Positions 29,090 to 37,122 of a stretch of 44,522 nucleotides of DNA are shown here, one piece after another. The stretch's first letter is position 1. Every line of letters starts with the position of its first letter. Below the pieces are notes generated by a model. The model was not told the origin of the DNA. It did no database searches and was given only the letters and a program-made list of their open reading frames with translations. Position numbers and translations under genes: made by a program. Origin of the DNA: an uncultured bacterium (lineage in GTDB: Bacteria; Hydrogenedentota; Hydrogenedentia; Hydrogenedentales; JAEUWI01); assembly GCA_963977445.1 (NCBI GenBank), contig CAXBPH010000015.1:1-44522 (forward strand), in the 5' to 3' direction.

Positions 29090-29363
29090 GGCGAGAGCTT
29101 ACACAAGGGGCGGAAGACGACACAAGCCCCGAAGGACTGACGTGATAAGCCCCTGATTTTTCAATGCCAGCCCAATGGTGCCACCCGATCCCGCTTTTCG
29201 TGCGGCGTAGACGTACGAAGAGCGGGTTCGGGTGCCTTGACCCAAATCGATGTCAGAAAAAGTGGATGTCACCGTAGCCCCGTTTACCGAAATTTCCGCA
29301 AGGAGTCTGATGCCTAGGGACCGCCGCTAACATTGAATGATCCGCGCGTAACATCCGTGATGC

Positions 29364-29392
29364 TTGACAGGGCGTACGTGTTGGCGTACGCT
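29364..29392 (+). promoter_or_regulatory. yefM-yoeB promoter (TTGACA-17 nt-TACGCT) with paired CGTACG operator palindromes
   Basis: CGTACG at 29373-29378 and 29385-29390, spaced 12 bp apart like the TGTACA pair of the E. coli yefM operator. Confidence 0.7.
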
Positions 29393-29411
29393 GTAGGCGG
29401 AGGTTCATCCC

Positions 29412-29654
29412 ATGAACATACTCAATGCTACCGAAGCGCGCGGAAAGCTCTACAGTCTAATCGATGAAACAACCGCGACCCACGAGCCCATCGTGATTAC
29501 GGGAAAACGGGGCAATGCCGTGTTGGTATCCGAGGCGGATTGGAACGCCATTACGGAGACGCTCCACTTGCTTTCCGTGCCCGGCATGCGGGAGTCCATC
29601 AAAGCGGGGCTGGAATCGCCCGTTGATGAATGCGCCACGGAACTGGACTGGTGA
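29412..29654 (+). CDS. yefM: Phd/YefM-family antitoxin
   Basis: NATEARGKLYSLIDE...PIVITGKRGNAVLVS..DWNAITETLHLLS. GGAGG RBS. Confidence 0.9.
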   Translation: MNILNATEARGKLYSLIDETTATHEPIVITGKRGNAVLVSEADWNAITETLHLLSVPGMRESIKAGLESPVDECATELDW

Positions 29655-29914
29655 CCTGGACGCTCGTCTACACGAAGCAAGCCCAGAAAGATGCGAAGAA
29701 ACTCACCTCGTCCGGACTGAGGGATAAGGCCATGACGCTACTGGATATCGTGAAACGAGACCCCTACCAGACACCACCGCCCTTCGAAAAACTGGTGGGC
29801 GATCTCGAAGGAGCCTGCTCCCGTCGAATTAATATCCAACATCGTCTGGTCTACCAGGTGCTTGAGTCGGAAAGAATCGTCAAGGTAATTCGGATGTGGA
29901 CCCACTACGAATGA
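29651..29914 (+). CDS. yoeB: Txe/YoeB-family toxin
   Basis: EKLVGDLEGACSRRINIQHRLVY...WTHYE. GTGA overlap with the antitoxin stop. Confidence 0.9.
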   Translation: MTWTLVYTKQAQKDAKKLTSSGLRDKAMTLLDIVKRDPYQTPPPFEKLVGDLEGACSRRINIQHRLVYQVLESERIVKVIRMWTHYE

Positions 29915-29997
29915 GTACCAAATACGAGAGTGACGAGGAGAATCTTCCCAAGGAACACGGACCCAGTTGCCCAGCAGCACAATGCCACCATTCAGCG

Positions 29998-30067
29998 TCC
30001 TATGGGTCTTGTGGGCTTCTTGGGAACATCCGTCCCACCGGTCCCACCAGTCCCACTCGTCCCATGA
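29998..30067. repeat. Two opposed 9-bp-period micro-arrays (3x nnnnnTGGG, then 4x GTCCCAnnn)
   Basis: TGGG at 30003, 30012 and 30021; GTCCCA at 30032, 30041, 30050 and 30059. Confidence 0.7.
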
Positions 30068-30170
30068 ATCGAGCACCCCTTCCCATCGTCCAGCTTGGAT
30101 GACACCCGGCTCTCGCGGTATAGTCCCAATCGCGCCTTGGTAGTGCGCACACACGTCGCACAGGAGACTC

Positions 30171-31040
30171 ATGCCCAGTCAATCGCCCGATATCACCGTC
30201 GCTATTCCCTGTCGCAATGGTGGCGACATTCTGCGTCGTGCCTTGGCGCAGGTATTCGCCCAGGAAATAGACCGGCCCTTCGAAGTGCTCGCCTTTGACT
30301 CGGGTTCGACCGATGGCACCCTCGACGCCCTGGCAGAGCACCCGGTCCGTGTAATTCATATCGACCAAGACACCTTCGACTGGGGCCGCCTCCGGGAGCG
30401 TATGTTTGAAGAGTCCCGGGGGGACATCATGGTGAGCCTCTCGCAGGATGCCGTACCCTCGGGCCCCGACTGGCTGGCACGTTTGGTGGCCCCGTTGGAC
30501 GACCCCGACCTGGGCGTCTCCTGTGGCTCGTCTATTCCCGACCCCGCCCGCGACTTTCCCCAATTCCAATGGGAAAAAAACGGCTACTATTACTTCACCC
30601 GCGAAATCGGAAAGTTCACCGCCCGCTACGGCAAAGGTCTGTCCTTTGCCAACACGGCCGTGCGCCGCGCCGTGTGGGAAGAGCTCCGCATCGAGCCCCA
30701 GGCCACGGGCGAAGATTTTGGCTTTCAGATGAAGCTGCATGCCGCCGGTATTCCCATCGCCTTTCCCAGCGACGCCCCCGTGTTGCACCACCACAACTAC
30801 ACCCTCAAAGGGGTCTACCGCCGCTGTCGCAATGAAGGACTCGCCCTCCGCGAAATGGGTTGTGCCTACCACGAAGGAGACCTGCTCGCCGATCTGGCCA
30901 GTCCAAAGAAATACATTCAATGGCTCCGGGAACTGAAGCGGGGGAGTCTGCGCAACGGTGCCGAGTGGTGTTATCCCGTGCTCCGTCCCGTCGCCGTCTA
31001 TATGGGCAGCCGTTTCGCCCGAAAAATGGTGTGGTACTGA
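30171..31040 (+). CDS. Glycosyltransferase family 2 (rhamnosyltransferase-like)
   Basis: Motifs VAIPCRNG, DSGSTDGT, LSQDA, GEDF and VLHHHNY. AGGAG RBS. Confidence 0.88.
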   Translation: MPSQSPDITVAIPCRNGGDILRRALAQVFAQEIDRPFEVLAFDSGSTDGTLDALAEHPVRVIHIDQDTFDWGRLRERMFEESRGDIMVSLSQDAVPSGPDWLARLVAPLDDPDLGVSCGSSIPDPARDFPQFQWEKNGYYYFTREIGKFTARYGKGLSFANTAVRRAVWEELRIEPQATGEDFGFQMKLHAAGIPIAFPSDAPVLHHHNYTLKGVYRRCRNEGLALREMGCAYHEGDLLADLASPKKYIQWLRELKRGSLRNGAEWCYPVLRPVAVYMGSRFARKMVWY

Positions 31041-31042
31041 CC

Positions 31043-31797
31043 ATGGCCAAGGATTCCATTCAGAAATTCTATCGCGACAATCCCCGCATGGTGAGTTCCC
31101 CCTTCGGCGGTGTGGACGGCATAAACGACGAACTCCTGACCGACGTACTGACCCGACTCAACATCGACTTCGCCCAAAAACGTGTCCTCGATGTGGGCTG
31201 TGGACGGGGCTATGTGGAAGACGTGGTCAAGGCACAGGGCGGCACCTATATAGGTGCCGATTTTGTCATCAGTCGCGGCGGCTTTCCCCTCGTCCGTGCC
31301 GACGCGGCCTGCCTGCCCTTCCCTGATAACAGCATGGATGTCCTCCTGTGTATCGATGCTTCCGAGCACTTTCCCCAGCCCGCCCAGGTTGCCCGGGAGT
31401 TCTTTCGGGTCCTGGCGGCGTGTATTTTCTCAGCGCCCCCAACTACGGCAACGTTGCCGGTCTGGTAAAAAAAATCTACGAAGGGCTCGGCTGGTATGAA
31501 AAAGACACCTGGGCACCCTTCGGACGCTGGCAGCCCCAGGAACTGGAGCAACCCCTGACACCCCGTTTTGTTCGCAAGATCTACGGCGATGCTGGTTTCG
31601 CGCCTATTACCGGAATCGGCCACGGTGCCGAAGTCGGCCTGGGCCTGTGTCCCTGGGTGGATCACCCCAAGACCCCCGAAGCCATCCAATTTCGACTGCA
31701 ACGACTCTTCGCTGCCCTGGGCCCCGGAATCGCCCAAGCCTGCCCCACTAGCAGCCTCCACATATTCTGGCGCATGGAAAAGCCCCCAGCGACGTAA
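31043..31797 (+). pseudogene. Class I SAM-dependent methyltransferase split by a frameshift at about 31411-31414
   Basis: First frame has VLDVGCGRG, LPFPDNSMD, EH and EFFRVL. The second frame continues PGGVYFLSAPN to the stop at 31797. Confidence 0.82.
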
Positions 31798-32062
31798 CGA
31801 TTGCTCCGGAGCGCCTTCCGTGAGGTGAATTGGTGTTTCTTGTCCGATGATCGCAAAGCCCGTCGCATACTGCCCAGATTACAGTAGCGAAACGAAGAAT
31901 CACGTTTGGGTGCCACTGACAAGCCCGGTGGGGCTGTAAAGCTGATGAAAGACATTGTTCAGGATGGTTGCTGCGTATAACTCACAGGCACAATATTGCT
32001 TAAACCCCACCCGGTTTGATTGAATGACCCCACGAAATATCGACGAAGGTCCAATCACACCC

Positions 32063-32590
32063 ATGACATTCCAACGTATCCTGCAAAAACTTAAACTGCG
32101 CTACGGCTCCCAACCCACCATAATTAAGACGCTCCGGGAAATGGGGGTGCGCATCGGCGCAGACTGCCGCATCTATGCCACGGATTTCGGTGCTGAACCC
32201 TGGCTTATCAAGATTGGTAATCGTGTTTGCGTTTCTAACGACGTGACCTTCGTCAACCACGGCCTCAACTGGCCCTTTCAGGAAAAATACGAGTCCCTCA
32301 CGGGCTTTGGTCCCATCGAAATTGGCGATAACTGCCAGATTGGCGTGCGGGCAACAATTTTGCCCTTCGTCACCATTGGCGAAAACTGTATTGTCGGAGC
32401 CTGCAGCGTGGTGACCAGGTCGGTACCCCCAAATTCCGTCGTCGCCGGCAATCCCGCCCGTGTGATTTGTTCCATGGAAAACTACGAGAAAAAATGCGTG
32501 GAGCGGCATATCGATATTCCCCAGGATCGTGACGCCGCGCGCAAGGTATTAGAGGCCCACTTTTGGGGCGACGAAACGGCCCCATCATGA
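32063..32590 (+). CDS. Hexapeptide-repeat (LbH) sugar O-acyltransferase
   Basis: EPWLIKIGNRV, IEIGDNCQIG, VTIGENCIVGACSVVTRSVPPNSVVAGNPAR. Start is 32063 or 32024. Confidence 0.88.
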   Translation: MTFQRILQKLKLRYGSQPTIIKTLREMGVRIGADCRIYATDFGAEPWLIKIGNRVCVSNDVTFVNHGLNWPFQEKYESLTGFGPIEIGDNCQIGVRATILPFVTIGENCIVGACSVVTRSVPPNSVVAGNPARVICSMENYEKKCVERHIDIPQDRDAARKVLEAHFWGDETAPS

Positions 32591-32607
32591 GTCTGGAAAC
32601 GTGGATT

Positions 32608-32810
32608 ATAGGAGGTCGGGCATTCCTGCCCGACACAACGTACCTGTCGAGCATGAGGTCCAACCAAGGCCCTGCGTCAAACAATCCTTTGGAAACACAC
32701 AAGGAATATGGCTCGTTTCGTCTCTGCATTCCAGTTGGTATCGCAATCCCGCTGTTTACTTCAATGTTAGACGTTCCCTTTATGTCGGGCAGGAATGCCC
32801 AACCTCCTAC
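32608..32810. repeat. REP doublet (REPIN-like), family B: (G/A)TAGGAGGTYGGGCA-TTCC-TGCCCGACA in inverted orientation
   Basis: 32608-32635 matches the reverse complement of 32783-32810 at 26/28. Each arm holds an 8-bp-stem hairpin, and the right arm begins with GTAG. Confidence 0.8.
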
Positions 32811-32834
32811 CCTTACCCAGTGCGGTCACGTCCT

Positions 32835-34001
32835 ATGAAACTGGCTGTACTCAAAGGCAATCGCTTTAACCCGTGGCACCTTGCCGCCTTCACCCGGCTC
32901 GGGGAAGACGTAGCGGTCACGGCCTTTCGCGCCGACTCAGAGATTCAGCAGTATTTCGCGGAGCGGGGTGCCGACGAAAGTGGCCTGTCCACCACGCCGA
33001 TTTATTTCGACTACCAGTCCGGGCCAATCTGGCGGCGTTGGGTCAATCTGTTGACCTATCGCTATCGAAACCGAACTCCCCATATCCTGCCCTTCCATAC
33101 CCAATTGCAGCACTTCGACATGATTCAGACCTGGGAACTTTTCACCGACTGGACCGAAGAGGCCCTGGAAGCGAAACGGAAATGGGGCATGCCGGTCTGC
33201 ATCATGGTGTGGGACAACATACCCTTCAACATGGAGTCTACGGAACGTTATCGCGAACGCAAGGCAAGAGCCCTCGCAGAGGCCGATCATTTTATCGTGC
33301 ACACGGAACGTTCCAAACGCACGCTGGTGATCGAAGGGGCCGATCCGGAAAAAATCAGCGTTATTGACCCCGGTGTCGATTTGAACTGTTTCCAGCCCGG
33401 TGCCGGTGACCGTAAGGCCCTCGACGTTGAAGAGGACGCCTTCGTCATTCTTTTTGTGGGCTGGCTGTTGCCCCGAAAAGGACTCGACTTTCTGTTGCTG
33501 GCCCTGCGCGAATTGATTGCTGACTCCACCACGGGGGACCGAATCCAATTGGTCATCGTGGGTTCAGGCCCCGGACAAGACCGTATAGACCGGCTCGCCC
33601 GTCGCCTCGATATCATGGAGCATTGTCACTTTGTGGGCACCCGTCCCTACAGCGAGATGCCGACTCTGTTCCAGAGTGCTGATGTGTTCGTGTTGCCGAG
33701 TATTGCCACCGAGACCTGGCAGGAACAATTCGGCATGTCTCTCATGGAAAGCATGGCCTGTGGCACACCCGTGGTCACCACCCACAGCGGTGCCATACCG
33801 GAAATTGTCGAAGATAGCGCGCTCCTGTGTCAGCCCAATGATTTTTTCGCCCTTCACGAAGCCCTGACGCGGCTGATTGCTGATCCGTTGCTCGAAGAGG
33901 CCTGTGTCGAGAAGGGGCTGGAGGTCGCACGGCGACGCTATGGCCTGGACACCTATGCCTCGCGGTTGGCGGCCCTATATGCCCGTCTCGGTAAGCCATG
34001 A
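32835..34001 (+). CDS. Glycosyltransferase family 4
   Basis: FVGWLLPRKG and EQFGMSLMESMACG (Ex7E). Start placed at ATG 32835 because the upstream in-frame stretch is the REP doublet. Confidence 0.88.
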   Translation: MKLAVLKGNRFNPWHLAAFTRLGEDVAVTAFRADSEIQQYFAERGADESGLSTTPIYFDYQSGPIWRRWVNLLTYRYRNRTPHILPFHTQLQHFDMIQTWELFTDWTEEALEAKRKWGMPVCIMVWDNIPFNMESTERYRERKARALAEADHFIVHTERSKRTLVIEGADPEKISVIDPGVDLNCFQPGAGDRKALDVEEDAFVILFVGWLLPRKGLDFLLLALRELIADSTTGDRIQLVIVGSGPGQDRIDRLARRLDIMEHCHFVGTRPYSEMPTLFQSADVFVLPSIATETWQEQFGMSLMESMACGTPVVTTHSGAIPEIVEDSALLCQPNDFFALHEALTRLIADPLLEEACVEKGLEVARRRYGLDTYASRLAALYARLGKP

Positions 34002-34020
34002 CGGTTGGAAATAGCAGACC

Positions 34021-34947
34021 ATGACCCCCAGCTATGAGGAACAATTCGGACCCCTGCGACGTCGCATACTGCGTGTCCTGCGTTGGTTTCGTTGGCACCT
34101 CAAGGGGCTTCGTGGCCTGGAGCGACACCTCCTTGTCGAACTGAACTGGCGTCTCGGTGATGAGATTATGGCCCTGCCGGTTTTTGAGGCCCTTCATCAG
34201 CGCTATCCCCAGGCCCACATCCACGTACTCAGCAATTACCCGGTCTTGTTCAAAGACCACCCCCATGTCCACGCGTCCGAAGCGCCACCGGTCCTGGTGG
34301 ACCGTTATGTGCTCCTGCGCGGCGCGTCCCGCTTCCAGAATCGTCTTGCCGCATACAGTGCGACCCTCGGCATGCCCTGCCCAGACAACACCCTACCTGC
34401 CTTGTTCTTTAGCGACTGGACCTTGCCGACCCACCTGAGGATTCCGCCAGGGAAGGGGCCCCTCATCGCCCTGGCACCCGGGGCGTCTTGGCCGAGTAAA
34501 CGTTGGGCCCGTGCCCATTGGAAGGCCTTGGGAGACCCCCTCACCCGGCAAGGTTGTCGCTTGGTCGTCATGGGGCAGGCGGGCGAAGGATTGCCCTGTG
34601 GCTGGGATCTGACGGGCCAAACGACGGTAGACGAGGCCGCACGGGTACTCCATGCTGCGGATCTCGTGATCGCCTGTGATTCGGGGTTGATGCACCTGGC
34701 CCGGGCAGCGGGTACTCCCGTCATCGGCCTCTTCGGGCCTACCGATCCGGACATGCTCATCAAAGACGACCCCGATTTTACCCCCATTCGGAGTACGGCA
34801 CCCTGTAGCGGCTTTTGGAACCATGCGAAAACCGTGGGCGCGCCGGGCGTATGCCCTGAGGGCCACGAAAGCTGCCTGGAAAGTATATCGCCCGCGCAGG
34901 TGCTGGAACTCGTGGAGCAACGCCTTGCGTTGACCCCGCGCCCATGA
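34021..34947 (+). CDS. Glycosyltransferase family 9 (heptosyltransferase-like)
   Basis: Motifs LGDEIMALP, PGASWPSKRW and DSGLMHLARAAGTPVIGLFGPT. Confidence 0.9.
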   Translation: MTPSYEEQFGPLRRRILRVLRWFRWHLKGLRGLERHLLVELNWRLGDEIMALPVFEALHQRYPQAHIHVLSNYPVLFKDHPHVHASEAPPVLVDRYVLLRGASRFQNRLAAYSATLGMPCPDNTLPALFFSDWTLPTHLRIPPGKGPLIALAPGASWPSKRWARAHWKALGDPLTRQGCRLVVMGQAGEGLPCGWDLTGQTTVDEAARVLHAADLVIACDSGLMHLARAAGTPVIGLFGPTDPDMLIKDDPDFTPIRSTAPCSGFWNHAKTVGAPGVCPEGHESCLESISPAQVLELVEQRLALTPRP

Positions 34948-35990
34948 AGGTGCTCTTTCTCACCCTCTACCCGGAAGACGCGGCCAGCCCACGGTATCGG
35001 GTCCATCAGTTTCTACCCTATCTCCGTGAACACGGGGTCGAGTGTACCGTGCTATCGCCTACCTCTTCGGACGTCTGGCGCCGTCACACCGGTCCCGATC
35101 GGGTGGGGCGGGCTTTGTGGTATCACGCCTACGAAACGCCCACACGACTCCGCCAGATTCTCGGTGCGGGAAAGTATGACCTGGTCTTCCTGCAAAAGGC
35201 CGTTATGTCCTCCTATATTCACGGCTTCGACCGATTGCTCTGCCATCGCAGTCGCCGCCTGATTCTCGACATCGACGACGCCGTCCATCTCGCACCGCCC
35301 CATCCCCTCCGATTTCCCTGGTCCCTTGCGGAAGATCCCGACCAGGTCCGTCGACTCATGGGCCGCGCCGAAAAGGTTCTGTGTGGCAATGCCTGGCTCG
35401 CTGCCGAAGTGGCGGAAGCTGGAGGGACGGGGACGCTCTGGCCTACGGTAGTGGACACGGACCGATTCGCACCCGCTGCTAAGCCACTTCGCGATTTCAG
35501 GGTGGGTTGGATGGGCGCCCCAAGCACCAGCACGAGTCTCAAGACCATTGCGCCGGCCCTGGACGGGCTTGCCGATGGCGAACTCATGGTGGCGGGAGCC
35601 GGGCCAAAGGAGGTACACTGTTCCAGAGCAGAATACGCAACGTGGAACTATGACACGGAGGTCAAATTGTTGCAATCCTTCAGCGTGGGTCTAATGCCCT
35701 TGCACCGTGATACTTGGACACAGGGGAAGTGTGCCCTCAAGGCCCTCCTCTACATGGCCGTGGGTATCCCCTGTATTGCCACCCCCTACGGCGCGGTGAC
35801 CGATATGATCACCCATGGTGAAAATGGATGGTTGGCGGATAGCGTAGACGATTGGCGCGAAGGATTAGAGGCGCTCCGGGATCCCCAGCTTCGTCAACGA
35901 CTGGGCGAAGCCGCACGCATTACCGTGGAAGAGCGTTTTTCGCTGAAGGTGGCTGCACCCCGGCTGCACCAACATCTGGAGCAGGCCTGA
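34944..35990 (+). CDS. Glycosyltransferase family 4
   Basis: ASPRYRV.QF, DIDDA, VGWMG and GKCALKALLYMAVGIP. ATGA overlap with the GT9 gene. Confidence 0.85.
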   Translation: MKVLFLTLYPEDAASPRYRVHQFLPYLREHGVECTVLSPTSSDVWRRHTGPDRVGRALWYHAYETPTRLRQILGAGKYDLVFLQKAVMSSYIHGFDRLLCHRSRRLILDIDDAVHLAPPHPLRFPWSLAEDPDQVRRLMGRAEKVLCGNAWLAAEVAEAGGTGTLWPTVVDTDRFAPAAKPLRDFRVGWMGAPSTSTSLKTIAPALDGLADGELMVAGAGPKEVHCSRAEYATWNYDTEVKLLQSFSVGLMPLHRDTWTQGKCALKALLYMAVGIPCIATPYGAVTDMITHGENGWLADSVDDWREGLEALRDPQLRQRLGEAARITVEERFSLKVAAPRLHQHLEQA

Positions 35991-37120
35991 TGGCAGGGCG
36001 TCCGAGAATAGCCTGGGTCATTCCCACCATGCGTGTGGGGGGGAGTGAGATTCAGTTGCTCCACCTGATGAAGGGGCTGGCCCACGATTTCGAAATGACC
36101 CTCATCTGCACCCGCAGTGAAGGGGCGCTCATTGGTGACGCCCGCCGGGTGGGTGTCTATGTGCGGGTATTAGACGCACCGTCGGGCTGGGACTTTCGCG
36201 TGCAGGGCCGACTCCAGCATATTTTTCAGGCCCACCTGCCCCATATCATGCACACCTACCTTTCTGGCTTTGACCTCTTTGCCAATCGCGCGGCCCGGAA
36301 CGTGGGTATACCCATCATTGTTTCGAGTCGCCGAGAGTTGGCCGTCTGGCAGAAACGGCGCCACGTCTTTCTCCAGCGACGTGCCAATCGCTACGCCGAT
36401 CACATTGTCGCCAACAGCCAGGCGGTCGCAGACTACGCCGCAAAACGCGAGCGAAATGACCCGGCGAATTACTCGGTTATTCGCAATGGCGTTGATGCCG
36501 ACCAATACGTCTCCACCGTGCCCAGGTCGCAGATTGTGGCCCGATTCAAATTGCCGCCCAAAACCTATATCGTGGGTATGGTCGCCAATTTCAGCCCGGT
36601 AAAAGATCACCGGCTCTTCGTCGACATGGCGGAACGCATCCTGAAGCAGCGGAAAGATGTCCATTTTCTTCTCATAGGGACGGGTAAGCTCGTCGATCAG
36701 ATGCGAAATCTCATTTACCGAAAGCGCATGGAAGAGCATTTTACCCGCATCGGCACCGTCGGAGAAGTGGCCGATTTGCTGAGTGTGGTGGATGTAGCCG
36801 TGTTGACGTCGAAGATCGAAGGCTTTCCCAATGCGGTGATGGAAGCCATGTCATCGCGCACCCCCTGTGTAGCGGCCCCCGTGGGCGGTATACCAGAGCT
36901 CATCGTCAACGACAAGACCGGGGTCCTCATATCGGAACGGACGGCGGCGAATTTTGCGGACGCCGTCTGTGCGCTGCTGGATGACCCGGCGCGTAGAGAG
37001 CGGATCGGTCAGGCCGCGGGCGTCTGGGTCCGCGAGAATCTGCCCCTCGACGCCATGGTGGACCAGTATCGCCATCTCTACCACCGTCTTGTTCAGCAGA
37101 AACTCCGCAAAGGCTCCTGA
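35990..37120 (+). CDS. Glycosyltransferase family 4
   Basis: VGGSE, VANS, IRNGVD and EGFPNAVMEAM. TGATG overlap with the previous gene. Confidence 0.88.
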   Translation: MAGRPRIAWVIPTMRVGGSEIQLLHLMKGLAHDFEMTLICTRSEGALIGDARRVGVYVRVLDAPSGWDFRVQGRLQHIFQAHLPHIMHTYLSGFDLFANRAARNVGIPIIVSSRRELAVWQKRRHVFLQRRANRYADHIVANSQAVADYAAKRERNDPANYSVIRNGVDADQYVSTVPRSQIVARFKLPPKTYIVGMVANFSPVKDHRLFVDMAERILKQRKDVHFLLIGTGKLVDQMRNLIYRKRMEEHFTRIGTVGEVADLLSVVDVAVLTSKIEGFPNAVMEAMSSRTPCVAAPVGGIPELIVNDKTGVLISERTAANFADAVCALLDDPARRERIGQAAGVWVRENLPLDAMVDQYRHLYHRLVQQKLRKGS

Positions 37121-37122
37121 CC

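Noticed and set aside
29998..30067. Mini CRISPR array
   Set aside because: The period is 9 bp with no spacers, and no cas genes are present.
31912..32014. Possible REP doublet (CCACTG-acaagcc-CGGTGG hairpin and CCCCACCCGG)
   Set aside because: Only a 9/10 inverted match and a weak stem; too short to distinguish from chance.
32601..32834. N-terminal extension of the first GT4 in the ORF track
   Set aside because: It is a translation of the REP doublet; the GT-B fold begins at MKLAVL (32835).
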